DNA from: Octopus sinensis | Taxonomy: Eukaryota | Assembly (NCBI RefSeq): GCF_006345805.1 | Contig: NC_043017.1 | Coordinates: forward strand, 16,492,001 to 16,556,000 | Length of the DNA stretch: 64,000 nt | Direction: 5' to 3' | Shown: in pieces, positions 53,170 through 64,000 of the stretch | Layout of the letters: every line of letters begins with the position of its first letter | Numbering within the stretch: the first letter of the stretch is position 1 | Program-made: the position numbers and the translations under genes | Notes under the pieces: generated by a model | What the model saw: the letters and a program-made list of their open reading frames with translations, nothing else | Databases searched by the model: none | Told to the model about the DNA's origin: nothing

Positions 53170-54560
53170 AGTTGCTAATCTGCTCGTATTTTCAGGTGCC
53201 GGACTGTGAGCTCCGTTGCTTTGTTAATACGTTGCTTCTATTGGTGTACTGTCGGGATTTGCTCCTTGTTGATAATTGTTTGTGGATTTTGTTGTTCTGT
53301 ATCGAACTCTGTTTGTGTAGTTAACCCTGGTTGTGTCTGTGTGTTTTCTTAGCTCCCTCGATTGAAAGATTGTCCTGCTGGGTCGAGATTGTGTGTCAAC
53401 ACTGCAGCTATTCGTCCCTTTCCAAACTGTACGCATGCAAAGTGGAGAGAATCGTCTCCAACAATTTAATATTTTCCATAAGTGGATCCCCCTTTTTTTT
53501 CAGATAGTATTGTGCTTCCGATATTCTGGCGGAATTCAGGTAGAATGGTTCCCGATGTCGATGTTCTTGAAAATTTAAACATTCACTCATGAGGGTTTGT
53601 GTTGGTAGCTCTACTGAGGAAGCCTCTCATGGCTGATAGTGCCATGGGAAGGACTGTCAACCATTGTCTTTTATCTAGTTGTAGTAATGAAGTAAGTGCT
53701 AGATTTAAGGTCTTCAAGAGGGTACCGTTGGTCCTTTCCCATTGGCCATTGCCTTCAGGTTGAAAGGAAGATGTTCCAGTTTTTATTGTCCCCTTAGTGA
53801 GAAGAAAGTCCTTGAGCTTCTTATTATCAGATTCTGTTAGAGTGGATACAACCTGGTGATCCCAACAATGAAAAGTGTTTGAGCAGATGGGAAATTACTG
53901 TTTCGGTACTCATGTCTTTGCCTTGGTATACAAATAGGTGCTTTTGAGTACGCATCGACTATTATCAATAAGTAGAGCTATTGTGTAGTTCACAGGACCA
54001 ACAAATTCGATTAGCCTTGATGCCCATATTGATGGACCCATAAGTGACTTTTTGAGGCGATACTTGAGTTCATTGCATTTAAAAGTGTCATTTTGCAGAT
54101 TTCATTGAAGGAGACAGGCATGTTCGTACTTAACAGTAGTGAACTAGGCAGCTCACTACTCGGTGGCACAGTTGTTTGTGAAGGGTTACATGCGTTGAAG
54201 CATCTCTTGGGGTTGCATATCCTGATAGCACATCTGTTGCTTTGATTTGTGTTCCATGTCCATGAGAGAATGTATAACTTGGGTGTGAGAGGTTCAAACA
54301 ACAGAGTGTAAGTTTTTCACTTTTGAATTTTCCACATGCCGTTTTTATTGAAGATAATCGCTACTGTGCGTTGATCAGTAACGATGTTGCAGTAATGAGA
54401 AGTTTGTATCGGGTGGCATTAATGCACAAGTTCCATTCTTAACGTTTGTCTATCTTTGAAAAGAACCATAAATAGAATGTCATCGGCCTTCCTTGTCACG
54501 ATAGAGTCCCTCCCAAAGCTAGAACAGAAGAATCTGTTTCTTTCTTAATGAATAGAACTG
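53170..54560 (-). pseudogene. Ty3/gypsy RNase H-integrase relic
   Basis: SSFQPEGNGQWERTNGTLLKTLNLAL..WLTVLPMALSAMR..ATNTNPHECL on the minus strand, with many stops. Confidence 0.7.
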
Positions 54561-56361
54561 AGTTCCAGTAAAGTGATGAAGTCACTTGTCTAATAGTACA
54601 GGGTTTGCATTGTTTTTTCAGAAATTATATGAACAATAATTTAAGGGTTGTGCCTACTTTTTCTTTACGCCAATAAAGTAATTACGACCATACTCATATT
54701 GGTGTGTTATAATTCTTTGTTATTTTTATTACCTAAAAACAAGGAAGGAATGCAATGCTGATGATCTTCAGTTTTAAATCAATTATACAAACTAGTTAAT
54801 TGTTATGGTCAGTCACAGAGTGACCACTGGTTTTGTGCTCATAAAGTAAAGTGTTCTATTGGTGGCCCAATAAATTCAAATGGCTTAAGGCACATAACCT
54901 CTCCACAACACAGAGCTTATATGCGATTCATAGGTGTAAAACCAATGGTCATTTTATGACTAGCCATAACATTTGGTGAAAGGCTTAGCTGGAAAAGTTC
55001 CACTTTAAAATCATGCATTTGTCAACCTGTCTATGAGGGCTATAAATCCCAAAACAAACCAACTCAGACCATGATAACCCATCCAATCAATGCTACCATG
55101 AGAATATCCCCTACACAAAGGCAATGATGGTCTCAATGTTACATCAGTAGAAGGCATACGACTCTCTCTCCCTCTAAATTCATATCTCTTTGTTAATCTG
55201 CCCTCTTTATATCCTGACAGATGACCCCTTACCTTTAGAATGTATCTCAAATGTTTTCTCTTTGGCTTACACTTTTCCAAAAAGTTTTAAATTCCATGAA
55301 ACTTTAGAATTTGGTATATGGATGTAATTCTTCACACTTAATCCAATATTGTTATTCAGATGTTTAAGGTTCGATTATTTGAAGTCAATCAGAAAACAGG
55401 ATCTAGAAGCTGGCATTTTCTACATGATGACAACTTGACGATGACAAAATGTTCAAGGATGGAAGTTTTAATGAATAAAGTCATGTGTAAAGTTGGAACA
55501 GGTATGAATTTTTTATTATGTTTTTAATGAAAATTTACCAAAAATAGAACCTGAACATTAAATTACAAAAACACAAAGTGTAGTTCAGTTCAGGAAGACA
55601 ATACATATTTTGTAGCAAAGATTCAAAAGCAGAGTTTGTGAAATAAATTAACACTTTTATATCTCCTGCATCACAAAAAAAGGTCTGTAAAAAAGGTAAT
55701 GAGGCTAATGTCATAGTATTTAATCTGGTACCCCTTCACAGTGTTACCACATCAATGCCCCAAAGTAAAAAATACACCAATGACTGTAGTTTTTAATTGG
55801 CTAAAATTACCTCAAATTTGCAAACTTTAAAAAAACTATTAACTTTTCATTTATTAATTTATGGCAAAAAGGAATTTCATTTCCATAATCACTATACAAA
55901 AGTACACCAATACACCTACAATGTTATAGCTTCTTTTATGTTTGAATACACTTGTTACATACGATATTTCCATATGATGAATTTTTTATGTTTGTAGAAA
56001 ATAGAATGCCGCAATTGGTTTCACAGAATTTCATTGAACAAATCAATCTTTTTTGTTTGTTGGTTAACAGAGTAATTTTCTGAGCATCTGAAACTCACAA
56101 ATTTATGAACAAACTGAAAAATGTAAACGTTAAGTTAATTGACAAAAATCAAGTATTTCATGAACTGAAATTTATTCACTGCAAGACACATTTCATCACT
56201 AATGAAGTTATTTTTTTGCATAAATACATACGTGGCTAGATAAGTGAGTATTTTGAGAGAATGATTTACCACATGTGTCACAGAGGTATGTCTTCTCTCC
56301 TCAGTATAAACGTTTGTCAGTAGCTAAGTCACCATTCTCAGGGAATGATTTACCTCAAAAA

Positions 56362-58280
56362 TCAATGAAATAGTTTCTCTCTTGTGTGACAACGTTTGTG
56401 ATTAGTTAAGTGATGCTTCAGAGAGAATGATTTACCACAGGTATCACAGTGATATGGTTTATCTCCTGTATGAGTGTGCTTGTGAGTAATGAGGGTACCT
56501 TTTTGAGAGAATGATTTACCACAAATATCACAGTGATAGGGTTTATCTCCTGTGTGACTACGTTTGTGAGTAGTTAAGTGACTGTTCTGAGAGAATAATT
56601 TACCACAGATATCACAATGATAGGATTTATCTCCTGTATGGATATGTTTGTGTGTTGTTAAGTGATGACTTCTTGAGAATGATTTACCACAAATGTCACA
56701 GTGATATGGTTTATCTCCTGTGTGACTACGTTTGTGAGTAATTAAGTGACTGTTCTGAGCGAATAATTTACCACAGGTATCACAGTGATATGGTGTCCAT
56801 CCTGTATGAATACGTTTATGAGTAGTGAAGTAACTAATCCCTGAGAATGTTTTCCCACAGACTTCACAGTGATATGTTTTCTCTCCTGTATGAAATTGCA
56901 TGTGAGCAATGCGGTGACCTTTCTGAGAGAATGATTTACCACAGATATCACATGGAAATGGTTTCTCTCCTGAATGAATACGTTTGTGAGTAATTAAGTC
57001 ACAATTTTGAGGGAATGATTTACCACAAATATCACAGTGATATGGTTTATCTCCTGTGTGACTACGTTTGTGAGTAGTTAAGTGACTGTTCTGAGAGAAT
57101 GATTTACCACAGATATCACAGTGATATGGTTTATCTCCTGTATGAATGTGTTTGTGGTTGTTAAGTTATGACTTCTTGAGAATGATTTACCACAGGTATC
57201 ACAGTGATATGGTTTATCTCCTGTATGAGTGAGCTTGTGAGTAATGAGGTTACCCTTTTGAGAGAATGATTTACCACAAATATCACAGGGAAATGGTTTA
57301 TCTCCTGTGTGACTACGTTTGTGAGTAGTTAATTCACCATTTTGAGGGAAAGACTTACCACAAATATCACAGTAATGTAGTTTATCACCTGTGTGACTAC
57401 GTTTGTGAATAATTAAGTGACTTTTCTGAGAGAATGATTTACCACAGATATCACACTGATATGGTTTCTCCCCTGTATGAATGTGTTTGTGTGTTGTTAA
57501 ATGACTGTTCCGAGAGAATGATTTACCACAGATATCACACTGATATGGTTTCTCCCCTGTATGAATGTGTTTGTGTGTTGTTAAATGACTGTTCCGAGAG
57601 AATGATTTACCACAGATATCACACTGATATGGTTTCTCCCCTGTATGAATACGTTTATGATTAGTTAAGTGACCTGGCTTTGAGAATGATTTACCACACA
57701 TATCACATTTGTACACATCCTCTCCCGTATGAATATTATTGTGTATAGTTAAATGAATTTTTTGAGAGAATGATTTACCACAGATATCACAATGATATGG
57801 CTTCTCACCTGTATGAACATGTTTGTGAGTAGATAAGTTACTACTGAAAGAGAATGATTTACCACAAATATCACAATGGTATGGCTTATCTCCTGTATGA
57901 ATACGTCTGTGTTTAATTAAATCACTACGTCCAGAAAATGATTTACCGCAGATATCACAGTGATATGGTTTATCTCCTGTATGGATACGTTTGTGAATAG
58001 TTAAGTTTCCATTTTGAGAGAATGATTTACCACAGATATCACAGTGATATGGTTTATCTCCCGTATGAATGTGTTTGTGTGTTGTTAAATGATGATTACT
58101 TGAGAATGATTTACCACAGATATCACAGTGATATGGTTTCTCTCCTGCATCACAACTGTACACACCCTCTCCTGTACATAACGTTTTATCTTTCTGTTTC
58201 TTTACACCAGCAGGGAAGCCCTTACTTGTAGACTGTGTCTTACATGTAACTTTGTTCTTACATAGTTTGTCTTCCATCAT
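56362..58280 (-). CDS. C2H2 zinc-finger gene C, 21 fingers (639 aa if a 1-nt deletion at ~57157 is corrected)
   Basis: ORFs 57078-58280 and 56362-56901 join through a single missing base in finger 12 (TTA ACA AC- CAC). Confidence 0.85.
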
Positions 58281-60189
58281 TTTTCATCTCTCACCACAAC
58301 AGACAGAGATGTTTTCCTTCTTTTAATTCTTATATTTTTATTCCCAACAAATATTCTCTTTTGCTATACTTTCAACGAATGTAATTTTTGTTGATATTTG
58401 AAGATACCGTCAACTCAGATTCTTTCATGCCAATGTCATCTGATATTTCTGAAATAAGAAAGAAAGAATATAGAATATAGGGGAGGCAAATAAAAAGTAG
58501 AGATTCAACAGTGAACCATTTACTACATTTCTTCTGCATTAATACACTGTGAAGATATAAACTTTTACCTTGGCAATGGAACACATCCCTTCTCCGTACA
58601 TTAGAGCCAGTGCCAGTTCCAACCTTCCCTATGCCAGTTTCAGCCTGTCCACAAGAGCTAGTAGCCTAATGCAACAAGGAAAATGCCTCAACAGACACGG
58701 AGTGAAACTTTCACAGCAATTTCTTGTTTCAAACAAATGTGTAATTTGCATACAAAGGTACTAAAAGTATACGTTCATGTGTTCACACTTATGCATGCAT
58801 GAATGCACACACACGTGTATGAGCATATACATCAATATATAAGTCTGCGTCTCATAAACATGTGGCCTCACATAAAACCTCAAAAACAACCCAACTCCAA
58901 CTGACCTAAATTCCTGCTAAAGTTCTCATTCTTTTCTTTTTCTTAATCCCTTAACCCTTTTCACACAAAACTGCCCCTGGTTCTATGATAAAAATTTACT
59001 GCTTTAAAGTGATCGAAATTGAAACTTTCCACCGAAATTTCATGTCAGTTTATGCTCCAAACCCCAGACGAATATCGTCAAAATTGCTTTCCTAAGTCTT
59101 TGCATATTTCCAAAATTAACTGACATAAAAGCAGGGTATTTCAAAAGAAATACATTAACGAAGAGCTGAATTGAGCTCTGCATATCTCTCTCTGACTCCA
59201 AAGGTTATACAAGAGGTTATAGGAGAGCCGACTCGTCTGGGAGTTAAAAGATCGTTGCTTTAGGAAAATTACTTCTCTTCTTCATTTTCTTTCCTTTATC
59301 TTTGAACACATCAAAAGAAGCAGATGTAGTAGAAAGAGGACACGACCTATACAGTGTAGATATTGTTTCTATTAATGATACTTACATATTTAATAGAGAT
59401 CCAATGACGAAGATGTCACAATAGATTCAAGGAATCACAAATCAGAATGGACATTTTCAGCTTCAACATCACTTGTATATTTTACAAGAAACCCTCACTT
59501 AGATTTTCACATCAACATGAAAAAGGATGACGATGGCTAATTAACAATCACGTATGAATTAACGTGTTTAATTAATTAATTTGGTTAATTGGCAGAAGCA
59601 TTAAGCAGCGAAAAATGGTCAGAGTTCAAATCCAGACAAAGTCGACTTTGCTTTCACTCCTTCCGAAATCCATAGAATAAAGTAGCAGTGTGTCACAAAG
59701 CAGTTCAAGGAAGGCTTCCATTCAAGCTTTATTTCTGCTCGCCATCAAATCCGTTAATCACTGATTAATCCGTTAATCCGTTAATCACTGACGTCCAACG
59801 ATTAAAACGAGTCCTTTTACATCAAGTAAAGACAGCATCCATCTAGGAACGTCATTCGACTCTAAGCCGCATTTTCGTACTCACTACAAAAGAAGATTTC
59901 TATATTTTTTAGTTATTATTTACTGTCGTAGAAATGAATATATGACAGGATATTATAATTCATAACAGTCATCTCTGCAGAGCGAAAAGTGTGTCACGGT
60001 GCATTCAAAAAGTATAGTCCTTTAGATAAAAAGGGGTCTTAACTAATTCGTCCTGATCTTAGTTTCCTCGTCTCTTTTTGTCCTTGAATAATAGCCGTTT
60101 TGTAACACGTATTTTCCTCGTTCATGTAGTCTTTGCAAGTGTTGTTACCTGTATTATTATTATAGTCTTTCAGTTACTCTTCGCCAGTT

Positions 60190-61580
60190 GCTAATCTGTT
60201 CGTATTTTCAGGTGCCGGACTGTGAGCTCCGTTGCTTTGTTAATACGTTGCTTCTATTGGTGTACTGTCGGGATTTGCTCCTTGTTGATTTATTGTTTGT
60301 GGATTTTGTTGTTCTGTATCGAACTCTGTTTGTTTAGTTAACCCTGGTTGTGTCTGTGTGTTTTCTTAGCTCCCTCGATTGAAAGATTGTCCTGCTGGGT
60401 CGAGATTGTGTGTCAACACTGCAGCTATTCGTCCCTTTCCAAACTGTACGCATGCAAAGTGGAGAGAATCGTCTCCAACAATTTAATGTTTTCTATAAGT
60501 GGATCCCCCTTATTTTTGAGATAGTATTGTGCTTCCGATATTCTGGTGGAATTCAGGTAGAATGGTTCCCGATGTCGTTGTTCTTGAAAATTTAAACATT
60601 CACTCATGAGGGTTTGTGTTGGTAGCTCTGCTGAGGAAGCCTCTCATGGCTGATAGTGCCATGGGAAGGACTGCCAACCATTGTCTTTTATCTAGTTGTA
60701 GTAATGAAGTAAGTGCTAGATTGAAGGTCTTCATGAGGGTACCGTTGGTCCTTTCCCATTGGCCATTGCCTTCAGGTCGAAAGGAAGATGTTCCAGTTTT
60801 TATTGTCCCCTTAGTGAGAAGGAAGTCGTGGAGCTTCTTATTATCAAATTCTGTTAGAGTGGATACAACCTGGTGTTCCCAACAATGAAAAGTGTTTGAG
60901 CTGATGGGAAATTACTGTTTCTGTACTCATGTTTTTTTATTGGTATGAGAATGGGTGCTTTTGAGTACTCATCGACTATTATCAATAAGTAGCGCTATTG
61001 TGTAGTTCACGGGACCAACAAATGCGATTGAGATGTGCTTCCATAGCCTTGATGCCTGTATTAAGTGAGTTTTCGAGGTGATACTTGAGTTCATTGCATT
61101 TAAAAGTGTCATTTTGCAGATTTCATTGAAGGAGACAGGCATGTTCGTACTTAACAATAGTGAACTAGGCAGCTCACTACTCGGTGGCACAGTTGTTTGT
61201 GAAGGGTGACATGCGTTGAAGCATCTCTTGGGGTTACATATTCTGATAGCACATCTGTTGCTTTGATTTGAGTTCCATGTCCGTGAGAGAATGTATAACT
61301 TGGGTGTGAGAGGTTCAAACGCCAGAGTCTAAGTTTTTCACTTTTGAATTTCCATATGCTGTTCTTATTGAAGATAATCGCTACTGTGCGTTGATCAGTA
61401 ACGATGTTGCAGTAATGAGAAGTTTGTATCAGGTGGCATTAATGCAGAAGTTTCATTCTTAACGTTTGTCTACCTTTGAAAAGAGCCATAAATGGAATGC
61501 CATCGGCCTTCCTTGTCATGATAGAGTCCCTCCCAAAGGAAGAACAGAAGAATCTGTTTCTTTCTTAATGAATAGAACTG
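60190..61580 (-). pseudogene. Ty3/gypsy RNase H-integrase relic (duplicate of 53170-54560)
   Basis: Same sequence as in unit 1. Confidence 0.7.
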
Positions 61581-63401
61581 AGTTCCAGTAAAGTGATAAA
61601 GTCACTTGTCTAATATTACAGGTTTTGCATTTTTTTTCAGAAATAATATTAACAGTGACTAATTTTAGGATCATTCCCACTTTTTCTTTACGCCAATAAA
61701 GTAATTACGACCATACTCATATTGGTGTGTTATAATTCTTTGTTATTATTATTATTGTTACCTCAAATGAAGCAATGCAATGCTGAGGATCTTCAGTTTT
61801 AAATCAATTATACAAACTAGTTAATTGTTATGGTCAGTCACAGAGTGACCACTGGTTTTGCTCATAAAGTAAAGAGTTCTATTGGTGGCCCAATAAATTC
61901 AAATGGCTTAAGGCACATAACCTCTCTACAACACAGAGCTTATATGCGATTCATAGGTGTAAAACCAATGGTCACTTTATGACTAGCCATAACATTTGGT
62001 GAAAGGCTTGGCTGGAAAAGTTCCCCTTTAAAATCATGCATTTGTCAACCTGTCTATGAGGGCTATAAATCCCAAAACAAACCAACTCAGACCATGAAAA
62101 CCCATCCCATCAATGCTACCATGAGAATATCCCATACACAGAGGCAATGATGGTCTCAATGTTACATCAGTAGAAGGCATACAACTCTCTCTCTCTCTCT
62201 CCCTGTAAATTCATTTCTCTTTGCTATTCTGCCCTTTTTATATCCTGACAGATGACCCCTTACCTTTAGAATGTATCTCAGATGTTTTCTCTTTGGCTTA
62301 CACTTTTCCAAAAAGTTTTAAATTCCACGAATCTTTAGAATTTGGTATATGGATGTAATTCTTCACGCTTAATCCAATATTGTTATTCAGATGTTTAAGG
62401 TTCGATTATTTGAAGTCAATCAGAAAACAGGATCTAGAAGCTGGCATTTTCTACATGATGACAACTTGACGATGACAAAATGTTCAAGGATGGAAGTTTT
62501 AATGAATAAAGTCATGTGTAAAGTTGGAACAGGTATGAATTTTTTATTATGTTTTTAATGAAAATTTACCAAAAATAGAACCTGAACATTAAATTACAAA
62601 AACACAAAGTGTAGTTCAGTTCTGGAAGACAATACATATTTTGTAGCAAAGATTCAAAAGCAGAGTTTGTGAAATAAATTAACACTTTCATATCTCCTGC
62701 ACCACACAAAAAGGTCTGTAAAAAAGGTATTGAGGATAATGTCAGCCTTTAATCTGTTACCCATGTGGGGTGCCCCTTCACAGTGTTACCACATCAACAC
62801 CCCAATGTAAAAATTACACCAATGACTAGTTTTCAATTGGCTAAAATTACCTCAAATTTGCAAACTTCAAAAAAACTATTAACTTTTCATTTATTAATTT
62901 ATGGCAAAAAGGAATTTCATTACCATAATCACTATACAAAAGTACACCAATACACCTACAATGTTATAGCTTCTTTCATGTTTGAATACACTTGTTACAT
63001 ACGATATTTCCACATGATGAATATTTTATGTTTGTAGAAAATAGAATGCCGCAATTGGTTTCACAGAATTTCATTGAACAAATCAATCTTTTTTGTTTGT
63101 TGGTTAATAGAGTAATTTTCTGAGCATCTGAAACTCACAAATTTATGAACAAACTGAAAAATGTACACGTTAATTTAATTGACAAAAATCAAGTATTTCA
63201 TGAACTGAAATTTATTCACTGCAAGTCACATTTCATCACTAATGAAGTAATTTTTTTGCATAAATACATACATGGCTAGATAAGTGAGTATTTTGAGAGA
63301 ATGATTTACCACATGTGTCACAGAGGTATGCCCTCTCTCCTCAGTAAAAATGGTTGTCAGTAGTTAAGTCACCATTCTCAGGGAATGATTTACCTCATAT
63401 T

Positions 63402-63998
63402 TCAATGATATGGTTTCTCTCTTGTGTGACAACGTTTGTGATTAGTTAAGTGATGCTTCAGAGAGAATGATTTACCACAGGTATCACAGTGATATGGTTT
63501 ATCTCCTGTATGAGTGAGCTTGTGAGGAATGAGGTTACCTTTCTGAGAGAATGATTTACCACAAATATCACATGGAAATGGTTTATCTCCTGTGTGACTA
63601 CGTTTGTGAGTAGTTAAGTCACCATTTTGAGGGAAAGACTTACCACAAATATCACAGTAATGTAGTTTATCTCCTGTGTGACTACGTTTGTGAACAATTA
63701 AGTGACTTTTTTGAGAGAATGATTTACCACAGATATCACAGTGATATGGTTTTTCTCCTGTATGAAAATGTTTGTGAGTAATGAGGTTACATTTTTGAGA
63801 GAATGTTTTACCACAAATATCACATGGAAATGGCTTATCTCCTGTGTGACTACGTTTGTGAATAGTTAAGTGACTGTTATGAGAGAATAATTTACCACAG
63901 ATATCACAGTGATATGGTTTATCTCTTGTATGAATGTGTTTGTGAGTAGTTAAGTGACTGCTCTGAGAGAATGATTTACCACAGATATCACAGTAATA
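63402..63998 (-). CDS. C2H2 zinc-finger gene D, 3' part (last 7 fingers; 5' end beyond the window)
   Basis: Manual translation is open from 63998: [23 protein letters not shown]...[20 protein letters not shown]. It is missing from the ORF track because no start codon lies in the window. Confidence 0.9.
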   Translation of the reverse strand, partial: YYCDICGKSFSQSSHLTTHKHIHTRDKPYHCDICGKLFSHNSHLTIHKRSHTGDKPFPCDICGKTFSQKCNLITHKHFHTGEKPYHCDICGKSFSQKSHLIVHKRSHTGDKLHYCDICGKSFPQNGDLTTHKRSHTGDKPFPCDICGKSFSQKGNLIPHKLTHTGDKPYHCDTCGKSFSLKHHLTNHKRCHTREKPYH

Positions 63999-64000
63999 TG

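Larger units (their letters stand above)
51140..64000. repeat. ~7.0-kb tandem segmental duplication (unit 1 ~51140-58140; unit 2 from ~58140 past the window end)
   Basis: Matching anchors 51283/58280, 53393/60410 and ~56100/63140; non-coding sequence nearly identical by eye. Confidence 0.95.

Noticed and set aside
38302-58231. Short antisense or shifted-frame ORFs over the ZNF genes ([11 protein letters not shown]...)
   Set aside because: They are shadow frames of the 84-bp finger repeat.
49544-58280. 84-bp periodic repeats resembling a CRISPR array
   Set aside because: The period equals one C2H2 finger (28 codons), the context is eukaryotic and there are no cas genes.

Overview
This is AT-rich, repeat-dense animal genomic DNA, most likely an octopus (coleoid cephalopod). 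That assignment is an inference from the SINE families, the (TATG)n/(TA)n/(CA)n microsatellite load and a cluster of single-coding-exon, KRAB-less C2H2 zinc-finger genes. The left 37 kb is almost entirely repeats: tRNA-derived SINEs, Helitrons, a DD37D transposase relic, R4/Dong and RTE LINE pieces, Ty3/gypsy fragments, a perfect Merlin-like palindrome, and a ~7.3-kb (TATG)n array carrying two copies of a mariner. It also contains probable non-coding 5' exons of a minus-strand gene near 14.6-15.3 kb. The right 26 kb holds four minus-strand C2H2 zinc-finger genes with 13, 19, 21 and at least 7 fingers. The last three arise from a young ~7-kb tandem duplication whose flanks are nearly identical while the finger arrays are reshuffled. 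The most notable unannotated signal is a set of at least five distinct minimal hammerhead-ribozyme-like motif families at Penelope-like termini, including a 278-bp palindrome built from two outward-facing hammerhead-like folds. Most ORFs in the supplied track are translations of microsatellites. All analysis was by eye; no database search was run.
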